64,000 bases of DNA from a virus (Duplodnaviria; Heunggongvirae; Uroviricota; Caudoviricetes), in the IMG/VR virus record IMGVR_UViG_3300043418_000226. One strand, 5' to 3'. Positions within the stretch are counted from its first letter, which is position 1; every line of letters begins with the position of its first letter. The notes beneath the pieces are model-generated. The model ran no database searches, was not told where the DNA came from, and saw only the letters and a program-made list of their open reading frames with translations. This document shows, in pieces, positions 29,638 to 39,082 of this stretch. The position numbers and the translations under genes were made by a program.

Positions 29638-31002
29638 TTAAATTATTTTATATAAATCGAATTTTTTTCTTGGTGAAAAGTTTTCAAAAGCGGTGTCAAT
29701 ACCCTCAATCATTTTCTCACACATTATTTTATTTGATAGGTTTTTAATCATAAACTCCCTACCTTTTTTACCGTTCTCTTTTCTTTTTTTCTTAGGTAAT
29801 TTATACATTGACATAATAGCTTTGGCAACATCATCGTTGTTAACTCTATCATCAAAAATATACGGTGTTGGTACCGAACCGTTAAGATTAATTGCAGATG
29901 ACCAAACAGGAATTACCCAATCCCCTTCTTTTACCAAGTGCATTGATTTTTCTTTATGATGTAAAGAACCGATAGAAATGTAATCATCTTCAGTGAAATT
30001 AAAACCACATTGGTCCTGTAGACCACCGGTTACGTTTACAATGATTGGAGTACCTGACATTAAACTTTCTGCGGTCGTTAGACCAAACCCCTCGTTGTTT
30101 GCAATGTTAATTGCACAATCAACCATATTGTACAATTCGTTTAACATATTCTGTTCTAATTTTATGTTGGTAAATTTAACATCATAATCAGGACATAGGT
30201 CATTTTTAACGGCAATTAAATCCGTACCATTCTCATCAATTGGGGTTGTGTGCATTAACAAAAGACATTTTTTCGATTTTTCTTTTGGTAATTGGTCACA
30301 GAATAATTTAAACGAATAAATTACATCACTTGGTTGTTTCCTTCTTATGTTTCTATTATTATAGAACATAATAAAGTCATATTTTTTATCACCAATAATC
30401 GATTTAACCACATCTGAATTTACTGAGTCTAAAGGTTTAAAAACTTCAGGATTAATCCCATGAGGTACATAACTAATTTGCCAATCCTCTAAAGGTTTAA
30501 AAGTTGGTTTATCCGTTCTTTTACCTACACGATGTACAATTCCGTATGTTTGTTTTGAGATACAACCCAACCAATCACAACTTTCATAGTAATTTCTATT
30601 ATATTGTGGATCGGGTAAATCATCCCATATGTGGTAAAATAACAAAGGAACTTGTTGTCTAATTTCATGCTCATTGTCATATAACCATTGCCAATAATGT
30701 GGGTCGGTAAAATGAAGAATTGCATCTGGTTTCTCTTCTTTAATTAATTTTCTAAGAATTGTCATGTCACCATAACCATTATAAGGAATAATTTTTAAAT
30801 TGGCATCTTTCACACCGGTTCTTTCCCTAACGTCCTCGTTAACGTCAACTATACTACCCAATTCAGGATGGTTTAGAGATGCTCCCAATTGTACCCAATC
30901 ATATTTATGTATCGTTCCTAATACAAATTCTCTGGACATTGTTGCAATTCCCGATGTCATTCTTAAATCGTCGGATAAAAGTAATATTTTCTTTTTACTC
31001 AT
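29638..31002 (-). CDS. Glycosyltransferase family 4 (GT-B)
   Basis: VPHGI, NRNIRRK, NEGFGLTTAES..GTP. Confidence 0.85.
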   Translation of the reverse strand: MSKKKILLLSDDLRMTSGIATMSREFVLGTIHKYDWVQLGASLNHPELGSIVDVNEDVRERTGVKDANLKIIPYNGYGDMTILRKLIKEEKPDAILHFTDPHYWQWLYDNEHEIRQQVPLLFYHIWDDLPDPQYNRNYYESCDWLGCISKQTYGIVHRVGKRTDKPTFKPLEDWQISYVPHGINPEVFKPLDSVNSDVVKSIIGDKKYDFIMFYNNRNIRRKQPSDVIYSFKLFCDQLPKEKSKKCLLLMHTTPIDENGTDLIAVKNDLCPDYDVKFTNIKLEQNMLNELYNMVDCAINIANNEGFGLTTAESLMSGTPIIVNVTGGLQDQCGFNFTEDDYISIGSLHHKEKSMHLVKEGDWVIPVWSSAINLNGSVPTPYIFDDRVNNDDVAKAIMSMYKLPKKKRKENGKKGREFMIKNLSNKIMCEKMIEGIDTAFENFSPRKKFDLYKII

Positions 31003-31003
31003 A

Positions 31004-31201
31004 TTAATATTTGGAACCGCTAACCGCTAAGTTCGTGTAATCATTTATCATCTTTTTAAAAGAATCGTCTTTGTTGTATAAGTCCAATGACCTGTTAACT
31101 AATTTTTGTAAATTAACATTATTGTTAATGGCGTTGACCTTAAATTTTTTGTAAACATCATCTAATACGTTTACACTTGTTAATTTAGTTTCTACTTTCA
31201 T
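31004..31201 (-). CDS. Small ribbon-helix-helix-like DNA-binding protein
   Basis: KLTSVNV..DVYKKFK..NLQKLVNRSLDLY pattern at the head of the operon. Confidence 0.5.
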   Translation of the reverse strand: MKVETKLTSVNVLDDVYKKFKVNAINNNVNLQKLVNRSLDLYNKDDSFKKMINDYTNLAVSGSKY

Positions 31202-31240
31202 AATTTATATACATACATACATTTGTATATATGTGTAATA

Positions 31241-31285
31241 TAAAAAATAACGAGCAAAATGTCAAATAATGCTCGTTATTTTTTA
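31241..31285. terminator. 16-bp inverted repeat (terminator or operator)
   Basis: taaaaaataacgagca-N13-tgctcgttatttttta. Confidence 0.6.
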
Positions 31286-31289
31286 ACTC

Positions 31290-31436
31290 CTATTGGTTAT
31301 CCGTACCTTCGTGCTCAACAGTTGGAGGTGCCGGTTGAGTCGGTTGAGGGGTTGATGGTGTTTCATTTACAGTTATTGTTAATGGAACAGTTTGAACAGG
31401 TTGTTCTTGATTTCTTTTTTTGCAGCCACATGACAT
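31290..31436 (-). CDS. Small MSCGC-initiated Pro/Thr/Gln-rich peptide (48 aa); not in ORF track
   Basis: MSCGCKKRNQEQPVQTVPLTITVNETPSTPQPTQPAPPTVEHEGTDNQ; minus-strand TATTTATA at 31453-31460 upstream and a hairpin downstream. Confidence 0.65.
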   Translation of the reverse strand: MSCGCKKRNQEQPVQTVPLTITVNETPSTPQPTQPAPPTVEHEGTDNQ

Positions 31437-31526
31437 AATTTTAAGGTTTTTTTATAAATATTTTGGTTTATTGATTTTTATTTCTTATACTTTTTAAAAA
31501 CATACATAATTTAATTAAAAAAACAA

Positions 31527-32267
31527 ATGGAAAAAGACTTTAAACCCGTAAAAAGTGTATACGAAAGTAATTTCGACGCTATAACAAACATCATGGCGTT
31601 ATATAAAATCGAAAGGTTCGATTTAGATTGTACATATTCTAAGGGTAACTTTTGGAAGGACCTACCGTCACCGGTTAATAAATCAGACATTTATCCCGTA
31701 AATGAAACGGTTGTTAAGGCTAGTTCGGAAGACCTACCGTTTGATGATAATTCAATGAAAAGTATTATGTATGACCCACCTTTCGTTATTGCCGGTAAAT
31801 CTTATCGTGATAATAAAGAAGGTAGTTCAATCATCGCAAAACGATTCGAAGGTTATGAGTCATATCCTCAATTGAAAAACAATTACTTCAACACATTAAA
31901 AGAACTTTATCGTGTATGTGATAAGGGTGGATTTGTTGTGTTCAAGTGTCAAGATACGGTATCGGGCGGTAGAAATCACTTCTCTCACGTTATGGTAATG
32001 AACATGGCGTTAGAATTGGGGTTCTACCCAAGAGATTTATTTATCTTAACTTCTAAGATGAGAATAAATAGTTTTGGTACAAAATGGACAAAACAAGAAC
32101 ACGCTCGTAAATACCATTCTTACTTTTGGGTATTTGAAAAAGTTAAACCAAAAGTGAAATACGATTTCTCAAAGATGGAACCGTACAATAAAGAAACAAC
32201 AATAAATTACGCAAGTGATTTAGAAAAATCTATTGAACAGGATTCTGAGGAGTTCCCAAATACATAG
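31527..32267 (+). CDS. DNA methyltransferase (amino-MTase-like)
   Basis: DCTYSKGNFW, YDPPF, ELYRV..GG.VVFKCQD. Confidence 0.7.
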   Translation: MEKDFKPVKSVYESNFDAITNIMALYKIERFDLDCTYSKGNFWKDLPSPVNKSDIYPVNETVVKASSEDLPFDDNSMKSIMYDPPFVIAGKSYRDNKEGSSIIAKRFEGYESYPQLKNNYFNTLKELYRVCDKGGFVVFKCQDTVSGGRNHFSHVMVMNMALELGFYPRDLFILTSKMRINSFGTKWTKQEHARKYHSYFWVFEKVKPKVKYDFSKMEPYNKETTINYASDLEKSIEQDSEEFPNT

Positions 32268-32592
32268 ACACTTTATCACCAATTTTCCAATTGGTGGACG
32301 TACCGGCAGGGAATTCGATAACGTGGTCACCGATACCCGTATATCTAGGTAAATTAAGTTTATTCCCTGCTGGTGGACAGTCAGGATGTATTCGACTAAT
32401 ACGATTATTAGAAACAAAAACAATGTCAAGTGGTATTAAACAGTCCTTCATCCAAAATGAATGATGACCTTTTCCCATTTTAAAAACCATACAACCGTTC
32501 AAAGATTCTCTACCCATCATTCCTCTACGAATTTCTTCTGGTTCTGATAGGTACTCTGCCGGAAATGTTTTACTGTTAATGTGTACTGACAT
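32230..32592 (-). CDS. DUF192 family protein
   Basis: RGMMGR, FWMKDCLIPLDIVF, VIEFPAG. Confidence 0.85.
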   Translation of the reverse strand: MSVHINSKTFPAEYLSEPEEIRRGMMGRESLNGCMVFKMGKGHHSFWMKDCLIPLDIVFVSNNRISRIHPDCPPAGNKLNLPRYTGIGDHVIEFPAGTSTNWKIGDKVSMYLGTPQNPVQ

Positions 32593-32603
32593 ATTAATAA
32601 TTA

Positions 32604-32635
32604 TTTGGTTTTTTGGAAATAATTTAATATCTTTG
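32604..32635 (+). promoter_or_regulatory. Bacteroidota-type sigma-A promoter (-33 TTTG / -7 TAnnTTTG)
   Basis: TTTG at 32604, 20-nt spacer, TATCTTTG at 32628. Confidence 0.7.
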
Positions 32636-32649
32636 TAAAAACAATTATC

Positions 32650-32820
32650 ATGAATTTAAGAAAGTTAGTATATGTGATGATGATTATCACAGGAATTATG
32701 ATTGAAAAGTATGGACTTAAGACTAACAATCCTAATCTGGAGATGTACTTTGGATTTGGGATGATATCTTTAGGTTCGTTGAACATTGTCTTAGAATTTT
32801 TTAAGAAACGTAAAAAGTAA
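32650..32820 (+). CDS. Small membrane protein (56 aa); not in ORF track
   Basis: MNLRKLVYVMMIITG..FGFGMISLGSLNIVLEFFKKRKK directly after the promoter. Confidence 0.6.
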   Translation: MNLRKLVYVMMIITGIMIEKYGLKTNNPNLEMYFGFGMISLGSLNIVLEFFKKRKK

Positions 32821-32824
32821 CGTT

Positions 32825-33130
32825 ATGGCTAGAAGTTTAGATGGGTTAGAAAATGACATGCAAAACTATCAAAAGGTAAAAGATTTAGTGTTGGCTAAAT
32901 TAGTGGACGAAGGGTTAGTTGACCGTGACGACGCTAAAGAATTCAGCGATAGATGTCAAGTGTTAGTTTATAAAGGTAATTGGTTCTCAAAATGGTTCGA
33001 TAAGAACGTAAAAACCGAAGACCCAAATGCGGATAAGTCGGAATACTACATGAGAATTGTGGAATTGAATGAAAGAGAAGATGAGGTCGATAGATTAATG
33101 AGAAGAACAACAGGAAACTACGATGAATAA
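32825..33130 (+). CDS. Hypothetical protein
   Basis: ORF in a coupled + strand run. Confidence 0.6.
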   Translation: MARSLDGLENDMQNYQKVKDLVLAKLVDEGLVDRDDAKEFSDRCQVLVYKGNWFSKWFDKNVKTEDPNADKSEYYMRIVELNEREDEVDRLMRRTTGNYDE

Positions 33131-33329
33131 AAAATACTATTGGGATTTTTTCATATATAATAAAAAACTACATTGGTTTTTAATACCAACTGTGGTTTTC
33201 TATTATCGAAAAAATGAAGATTTACATGTAACTGATTCATTACGTACGTTCGGTTTAACAATAAGATTCCTAACTTATATGATAGGAATTCAAATAGAAC
33301 AAGAATTCGATGAGAAATCTAATTTGTAG
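33123..33329 (+). CDS. Hypothetical protein
   Basis: Coupled ORF. Confidence 0.5.
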   Translation: MNKKYYWDFFIYNKKLHWFLIPTVVFYYRKNEDLHVTDSLRTFGLTIRFLTYMIGIQIEQEFDEKSNL

Positions 33330-33507
33330 AGTACGAGGACACAAATATTCATATAACTTTGGTTGGATGCCAACGAAATGTTATTGTAAAAGATGTGGAA
33401 TGAAATGGAAGACAGAAAATAATCCTGAATACATTCCGGGTAAATCAAATCCAATCGAAACCGATATCTTTATTTGGGTGGAGGATAAAAAAGAAACTAA
33501 TGAGTGA
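33310..33507 (+). CDS. Small Zn-finger-like phage protein (DUF1660-like)
   Basis: LIC...GHKY...CKRCG. Confidence 0.55.
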   Translation: MRNLICRVRGHKYSYNFGWMPTKCYCKRCGMKWKTENNPEYIPGKSNPIETDIFIWVEDKKETNE

Positions 33508-33754
33508 AGAAAAAATTGAAAAATTAGAAAGTGAAATCGTCGAGTTAAAATTTGATTTGAAGAAGTCTAAAGATAAAGAAATGATTTATTTGGATATTTT
33601 ATCAAACATTGACAATTCACTAAAAATATTATTCAAACGTGAAGAAGAAAATAAAAGGTTTAACTTGGGTGACAATATTGATTTTAGGGAATCAGTGGTT
33701 AACCTAAAAACGGCGATGAATGAATATAAACGTGTTTTTAAATTAAGATTATGA
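33500..33754 (+). CDS. Hypothetical coiled-coil protein
   Basis: Coupled ORF. Confidence 0.55.
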   Translation: MSEEKIEKLESEIVELKFDLKKSKDKEMIYLDILSNIDNSLKILFKREEENKRFNLGDNIDFRESVVNLKTAMNEYKRVFKLRL

Positions 33755-33815
33755 AAATAATTTCATTCCTAATTGGGTTAATTTTAGATAAATTTAAAAG
33801 AAAAAAGAAAAGTAA

Positions 33816-34145
33816 ATGGGAGTTATAAATAAACTAGATAAACAATATACCGACTTACTCCAAGACATTCTTGACAACGGAGTAACAAAACAAGACAGAA
33901 CCGGAACCGGTACAATTTCAGTATTCGGAAGACAAATACGTCATAACATGAAAGATGGTTTCCCATTACTTACAACTAAGAAAATGGCATGGAAAACTAT
34001 GGTAGTTGAACTATTATGGTTTCTAAGAGGCGATACCAACATTAAATTTTTAATTGATAATAATTGTCATATTTGGGATGGGGACGCTTACCAAGCGTAC
34101 CTAAGAGAATGTGAAAAATTAAAAAAAGATGGGGAAAATATGTAA
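33816..34145 (+). CDS. thyA: Thymidylate synthase, N-terminal fragment
   Basis: [41 protein letters not shown]. Confidence 0.9.
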   Translation: MGVINKLDKQYTDLLQDILDNGVTKQDRTGTGTISVFGRQIRHNMKDGFPLLTTKKMAWKTMVVELLWFLRGDTNIKFLIDNNCHIWDGDAYQAYLRECEKLKKDGENM

Positions 34146-34183
34146 TTTTTATATCCATCACCATATTTATATAAAAAAAGAAT

Positions 34184-34906
34184 ATGGGAACAAAATACTA
34201 TTTGTATATTAAGACAAGTCCGTTAGGGTTGAGATACCTTGGTAAAACAACAAAAGACCCAATTACCTATTTAGGTAGTGGTAAGATTTGGAAACGACAC
34301 ATTAAAAAACATAATTTAACCATTGATGATATTGAAACAGAAATTGTATTTGAAACAAATAATGTTGATGAGTTAATTAAAAAAGGTATAGAATTAAGTA
34401 ATTTATATGATATTGTTGAATCAAAGGAATGGGCTAATTTAAGAGAAGAGGCTGGCGATGGTGGAGATACTAGTAAGTTTATTGATTTTTCAAACCCATC
34501 TTTCCACAACCCAAATAGAAGTAAACATTTGAATATTTGGTTAAATGAAGTGACAGAAGAAGAGAGAAAAAAAATTTTAAGAGATAGAATTAGTAAAGTG
34601 GATTTTGAAGAAAGAGATAAAAAAACAAAAGAAAATACAGATTGGGATAGTTGGCGAGAATCCATCAAAAATAGGAAAACTGACTATTCTAAATTCCTAA
34701 ACAAAGTACACGAAAAGAATAAGAAACCTGTTTTACAATTTGATTTAGATAATAATTTTATGCGAGAATTTGATAGTGCTGCGTCCGCATCTAAATCATT
34801 AGGTTACAATAATGGTGGGAACATAACAAATTGTTGTAAGGGTAGGTGTAAATCTACTTTAGGGTATAAATGGAAATATAAAAATATAGAAAATGAAAGC
34901 AAATAA
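34184..34906 (+). mobile_element. GIY-YIG-like homing endonuclease with C-terminal NUMOD1/IENR1 domain, inserted in thyA
   Basis: YLYIK..RYLGKT..YLGSG; KPVLQFDLD..EFDSA..NITNCC..GYKWKY; own TATTTATA at 34164. Confidence 0.8.
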
Positions 34907-35921
34907 AAATGATTTACACGAAAGCGGCAGACCACTTACAAAAGAGGAGTTTACCAACAAAATCAAAACAGATGATGAGTTTGCTAATAAGTGGGGTGAG
35001 TTAGGTCCAATCTATGGTAAGCAGTGGAGAAATTGGAGAGGTCAAGATGGTATGATTGGTGAAAAGGATGAAAACGGAACAAGAATTATTACGTGGAATC
35101 AAATAGACCAAATCCAAAACCTAATCAACGACCTTAAAACAAACCCAGACTCAAGACGATTAATGGTTAATGCTTGGAATTGTTCGGAACTGGACCAAAT
35201 GGTTCTTCCACCTTGTCACTATGGGTTTCAAGTTTATACAAGAGAGTTGAGTTTAGAAGAACGTATAGAATTAGCTTTTAAATCAATTGAAACTACAGAT
35301 GGAAACAGTGCTGCTTTACTTTGGGAGTTATCTTGTCAAGGGAAAAAAGAATCTGAGATAGTAGAATCATTGAACAATTCACCAAGAAATATCCCAACCA
35401 GAGCAATCTCTTTAATGTGGAACCAAAGATCGGTAGATACATTCTTAGGTTTACCATTCAACATTGCTTCTTATGGATTGTTATTAGAAATTATAGCTCA
35501 AGAAGTAAACATGGTTCCGGATGAATTGATTGGAAATTTAGGTGATGTTCACTTGTATTCAAACCATATCGAAGCGGCTAAAGAACAAATTGGTAGAAAA
35601 TACACTCCTGAAGAAAGAATCAATATGTTAAAAGATGCGATGAGTTGGCGTTTATATAATAAGGCGGTTAATGAATTAGTACCGTTTGGTGGAGGGATGA
35701 GTGAATATTATGATTTACATAAAATCCCAACAAGGACAAGAGAACCGTTTCCATTACCAACCGTTAGAATAACTCATAGACAATGGTACCAACACGAAAA
35801 AGTTAAAGAACATTTGGGTGAAAAATCTTTAAATGAAAAATTACTTTCACTTAGGTTAGATTGTTTCGAATTAATCGATTATCAATCACATTCTGGAATT
35901 AAAGCACCTTTATCGAATTAA
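34893..35921 (+). CDS. thyA: Thymidylate synthase, C-terminal catalytic fragment
   Basis: GELGPIYGKQWR, PDSRRLMVNAWN, LPPCH, QRSVDTFLGLPFNIASY, GDVHLYSNH. Confidence 0.9.
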   Translation: MKANKNDLHESGRPLTKEEFTNKIKTDDEFANKWGELGPIYGKQWRNWRGQDGMIGEKDENGTRIITWNQIDQIQNLINDLKTNPDSRRLMVNAWNCSELDQMVLPPCHYGFQVYTRELSLEERIELAFKSIETTDGNSAALLWELSCQGKKESEIVESLNNSPRNIPTRAISLMWNQRSVDTFLGLPFNIASYGLLLEIIAQEVNMVPDELIGNLGDVHLYSNHIEAAKEQIGRKYTPEERINMLKDAMSWRLYNKAVNELVPFGGGMSEYYDLHKIPTRTREPFPLPTVRITHRQWYQHEKVKEHLGEKSLNEKLLSLRLDCFELIDYQSHSGIKAPLSN

Positions 35922-35922
35922 C

Positions 35923-36111
35923 ATGAAGAGTCCACTTTCAGGAAAAGAAATGAAGTTAGTTTCAGAACTTAGAACACTAACAATAAAGGGAAAAGAATAC
36001 GAAGTTATTCAATACTACTATCTATGTGAATTATCAAATGAAGGATTCACAACGACAGAATTAGACGAGGAAAATTTAAAAGAAATACAAAAAACAACAC
36101 AAAATGAGTAA
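35923..36111 (+). CDS. Small hypothetical (degenerate Zn-ribbon-like)
   Basis: SPLSGKEM..YYLCELSNEGF. Confidence 0.5.
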   Translation: MKSPLSGKEMKLVSELRTLTIKGKEYEVIQYYYLCELSNEGFTTTELDEENLKEIQKTTQNE

Positions 36112-37183
36112 ACAATTTTTGAAAGAATACCTAAATGCGTATTCACCGGTTGCACAAGAAACAGAAGGACAAAACGTATGGATTAATTACGTTAAACAAT
36201 TTACTAACAATGTAAATTTAGATGCGTACGGAACAGCATATGCAATCTTAAAAGGTTCACAACCTAATTTATCACATCGACTTGGGGAACCTTACAAAGT
36301 GGTGTTAGAGGCACATTGTGATGAGATTGCTTGGATAGTTTCATACATTGAAAAAGACGGGTTCGTACGTGTTAAAACACATGGAGGTTCTGACAATATG
36401 ATTGCACCATCAAAGACAGTTATGGTTCACACACATAACGGAACTAAGGTACCTGGTTTATTTGGTTCACCGGCAATTCATGTTAGAGAAAAAAGAACTG
36501 AGATGGGTTCAGAAGTTCATGAACTATGGTTAGACTTAGGTGTTGATTCGGACGAGAAAGTAAAAGAACTTGGAATTGAAGTTGGTAATGTTGTTACGTT
36601 CGACACTCAATTCAGTGAGTTAGGTGACTACTACGTTGGTCGTTCATTGGATAACAAAATAGGTGGTTACATCATCGCAGAAACTTTACGTAATTTAGAA
36701 AATGTTAAATTACCTTTTGACTTGTACGTTGTTAACTCGGTTCAAGAAGAAGTTGGTTTATATGGTGCAAGAATGATTGCCAAGAAATTACAAGCGGATA
36801 TTGCGTTGGTACATGACGTTTGTCATAACACTAATCACCCTAAGATGAATAAATCTAAAGATGGGGACATTAAAGGTGGTGAAGGTCCGTGTTTAGAATA
36901 CACCGCACAAAATCATAGAAAAATCATTAACAAATTCAAAGAGGTTGCTAATCATAGTGAAATTCCATTACAAAATACGATTGGTTCATATGGTAACGAT
37001 ACTATGTCATTCTTCTTAGAGAATACACCAACAGCAATTTTAGCGTCACCATTAAAATACATGCACACCACAGTTGAAATGGTACATAAAAAAGATGTCG
37101 AGAACGCGATTACTCTTTTCACAAATGTGTTAACGTCAATCACACCTGAGTGGATTGAGGATGTAAAAAATCCTAAAATTTAA
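36104..37183 (+). CDS. M42 family metallo-aminopeptidase
   Basis: EAHCDEI, SLDNKIG, VQEEVG, YMHTTVE. Confidence 0.9.
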   Translation: MSKQFLKEYLNAYSPVAQETEGQNVWINYVKQFTNNVNLDAYGTAYAILKGSQPNLSHRLGEPYKVVLEAHCDEIAWIVSYIEKDGFVRVKTHGGSDNMIAPSKTVMVHTHNGTKVPGLFGSPAIHVREKRTEMGSEVHELWLDLGVDSDEKVKELGIEVGNVVTFDTQFSELGDYYVGRSLDNKIGGYIIAETLRNLENVKLPFDLYVVNSVQEEVGLYGARMIAKKLQADIALVHDVCHNTNHPKMNKSKDGDIKGGEGPCLEYTAQNHRKIINKFKEVANHSEIPLQNTIGSYGNDTMSFFLENTPTAILASPLKYMHTTVEMVHKKDVENAITLFTNVLTSITPEWIEDVKNPKI

Positions 37184-37189
37184 AACATT

Positions 37190-37570
37190 ATGAAAGCAAT
37201 ATTGGCCATAAATACTAAAGGGTACATTGGATTAAAAGGTGAGTTACCTTGGAAATGTACTGAAGATTTAAATCACTTCAAAAAAGAAACAATGGGGGGT
37301 AAATTATTGGTAGGTTATAGAACCGCACAAACATTACCTAAATTACCTGGTCGGGAAGTGATTGTTTACGATAAATTTAGTGACGAGGACTATACTAATG
37401 TTGATTGGTGTATCGGTGGTAAGTCCACATATGAGAAGTTCTGTCATTTATTTACTGAACTTCATGTCTCAATGATTGACGATGATACCATTGGAGATGT
37501 TATGAGTCCAGATTTAAGAAACTTAAACCCCGACTGTGTCATTTTTGAATATTACTTTAAAAAAGATTAA
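37190..37570 (+). CDS. folA: Dihydrofolate reductase
   Basis: IGLKGELPW..EDLNHFKKET..LPGR, IGG. Confidence 0.85.
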   Translation: MKAILAINTKGYIGLKGELPWKCTEDLNHFKKETMGGKLLVGYRTAQTLPKLPGREVIVYDKFSDEDYTNVDWCIGGKSTYEKFCHLFTELHVSMIDDDTIGDVMSPDLRNLNPDCVIFEYYFKKD

Positions 37571-37572
37571 CT

Positions 37573-37887
37573 ATGTCAAAACCAAAGATAAAAAAAATCG
37601 TTAAAGAATATAAAGAAGCCACCAACTTAGAAATTTGGGAAGGGTTAAGAGATAATTTTGTTTTTGGATTTTTAGGTGCAACATTAGTTGTCTTTATAGC
37701 AACCAGAACTGACATTGCAGTTTTTTTAGGTTATTTGGTCTACTATTTTTATATGGGTCGAATAGTTAATAGACCAAAATATGTAACTGATTTGGGGAAA
37801 TTAATAGTTTTTCCAATTCCTTCGGCTCTTGGTGCGTATACGGGTTATAAACTATCTTACATAATTTTACTATCTATAACACATTAA
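37573..37887 (+). CDS. Small membrane protein
   Basis: Three hydrophobic segments. Confidence 0.6.
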   Translation: MSKPKIKKIVKEYKEATNLEIWEGLRDNFVFGFLGATLVVFIATRTDIAVFLGYLVYYFYMGRIVNRPKYVTDLGKLIVFPIPSALGAYTGYKLSYIILLSITH

Positions 37888-37890
37888 AAT

Positions 37891-38109
37891 ATGAAACGTT
37901 TAATAAGAAAATTTATATCATTTTTTATTAAGAAACCTGATAGACTTTTAACTTGGTCCACCGAAGATTTTGAGTGGGCTAAAAGATGGTGTAAGTGCCA
38001 AGATCACCCATATTCGAAAAATTTAACATTATGGGAATATGTATATAATACACAAGATGATTCTTGTTGGACACTTAACAACGTCAATAATTATTTAGAA
38101 TTAAAATAA
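37891..38109 (+). CDS. Hypothetical protein
   Basis: Coupled ORF. Confidence 0.5.
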   Translation: MKRLIRKFISFFIKKPDRLLTWSTEDFEWAKRWCKCQDHPYSKNLTLWEYVYNTQDDSCWTLNNVNNYLELK

Positions 38110-38114
38110 AGAAT

Positions 38115-38654
38115 ATGATTAAATTAATGGACATGATTAACGAAAGCGAAAAACCAAAATATGAATTTGGTTGTGTCATGTTGTACTTTGATTTTCCTGA
38201 AATGGAATCGATGCACAGTAAAATAAACCAAGATGATATCTACACAAGTGAAGGTGGTTTTGGATTAGAAGATGAACCACACACTACATTATTATTTGGG
38301 TTACACAAAGAAGTAACCGATGAACAAATAAAAGATGTGTTAGGTAGACATACATTTGGCGACTGTCAATTACATAACGCATCGTTATTTGAAAATCCTG
38401 ACTACGATGTTTTAAAATTTGATGTTAAAGGTAAAGGTTTACATGAATGTAATTCAGATTTAACCAAACATCCACACACAACAAGTTTTCCTGATTATCA
38501 TCCACACCTTACTATAGGTTATTTAAAACCCGGTACAGGTAAGAAACATACCGAATTATTTAATGGATTAGAATACACTTTAAAACCACGATATGCAATG
38601 TATTCAAAACCCGATGGAACCAAATCAAAATTGGAGATAGGGGTTAGTGAATGA
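38115..38654 (+). CDS. 2H phosphoesterase, T4 57B/Acb1-like
   Basis: Two HxT motifs: EPHTTLLFGLH and DYHPHLTIGYLK. Confidence 0.75.
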   Translation: MIKLMDMINESEKPKYEFGCVMLYFDFPEMESMHSKINQDDIYTSEGGFGLEDEPHTTLLFGLHKEVTDEQIKDVLGRHTFGDCQLHNASLFENPDYDVLKFDVKGKGLHECNSDLTKHPHTTSFPDYHPHLTIGYLKPGTGKKHTELFNGLEYTLKPRYAMYSKPDGTKSKLEIGVSE

Positions 38655-39082
38655 AAAGGTTAATGTTGATGGTGTTACTAATAACATCACTTAACTCATA
38701 CGGTCAATATGTTGCCGATTCCACAATGAATGGTTTTATAAAGGAATGGATAGGTAAACCATATAGATTAGGAGGAAATACTAAAAGAGGAATCGATTGT
38801 TCCCAATTTAGTAAAAGATTCTACAGAGATGTGTTCAATCTCGAATTAGTGGGCGTGTGTTATAAACAATGGAACCAGACCAAACGAATCTTAAGAGATA
38901 GTTTAACAATTGGAGATGTTTTATTCTTTAGAAGTAAATCAAGTCCAAGTGGATGGCACTGTGGTGTCTACATTGGAGAAAGAAAATTTGTTCACGCAGC
39001 TAATCGCTTAGAAGGTGTTAAAATTAGTTCAATAGATGAACTAAAATATATAAAAAGGTATAGGGGTGCTGGTAGGTTATAA
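38651..39082 (+). CDS. NlpC/P60 peptidoglycan endopeptidase with signal peptide
   Basis: GKPYRLGG..GIDCS..GDVLFF..HCGVYIG..FVHA. Confidence 0.9.
   Translation: MKRLMLMVLLITSLNSYGQYVADSTMNGFIKEWIGKPYRLGGNTKRGIDCSQFSKRFYRDVFNLELVGVCYKQWNQTKRILRDSLTIGDVLFFRSKSSPSGWHCGVYIGERKFVHAANRLEGVKISSIDELKYIKRYRGAGRL

Noticed and set aside
34146-34906. Group I intron in thyA (as in T4 td)
   Set aside because: Only 38 non-coding nt upstream, an overlap downstream and no recognisable P7/core elements; treated as a split gene instead
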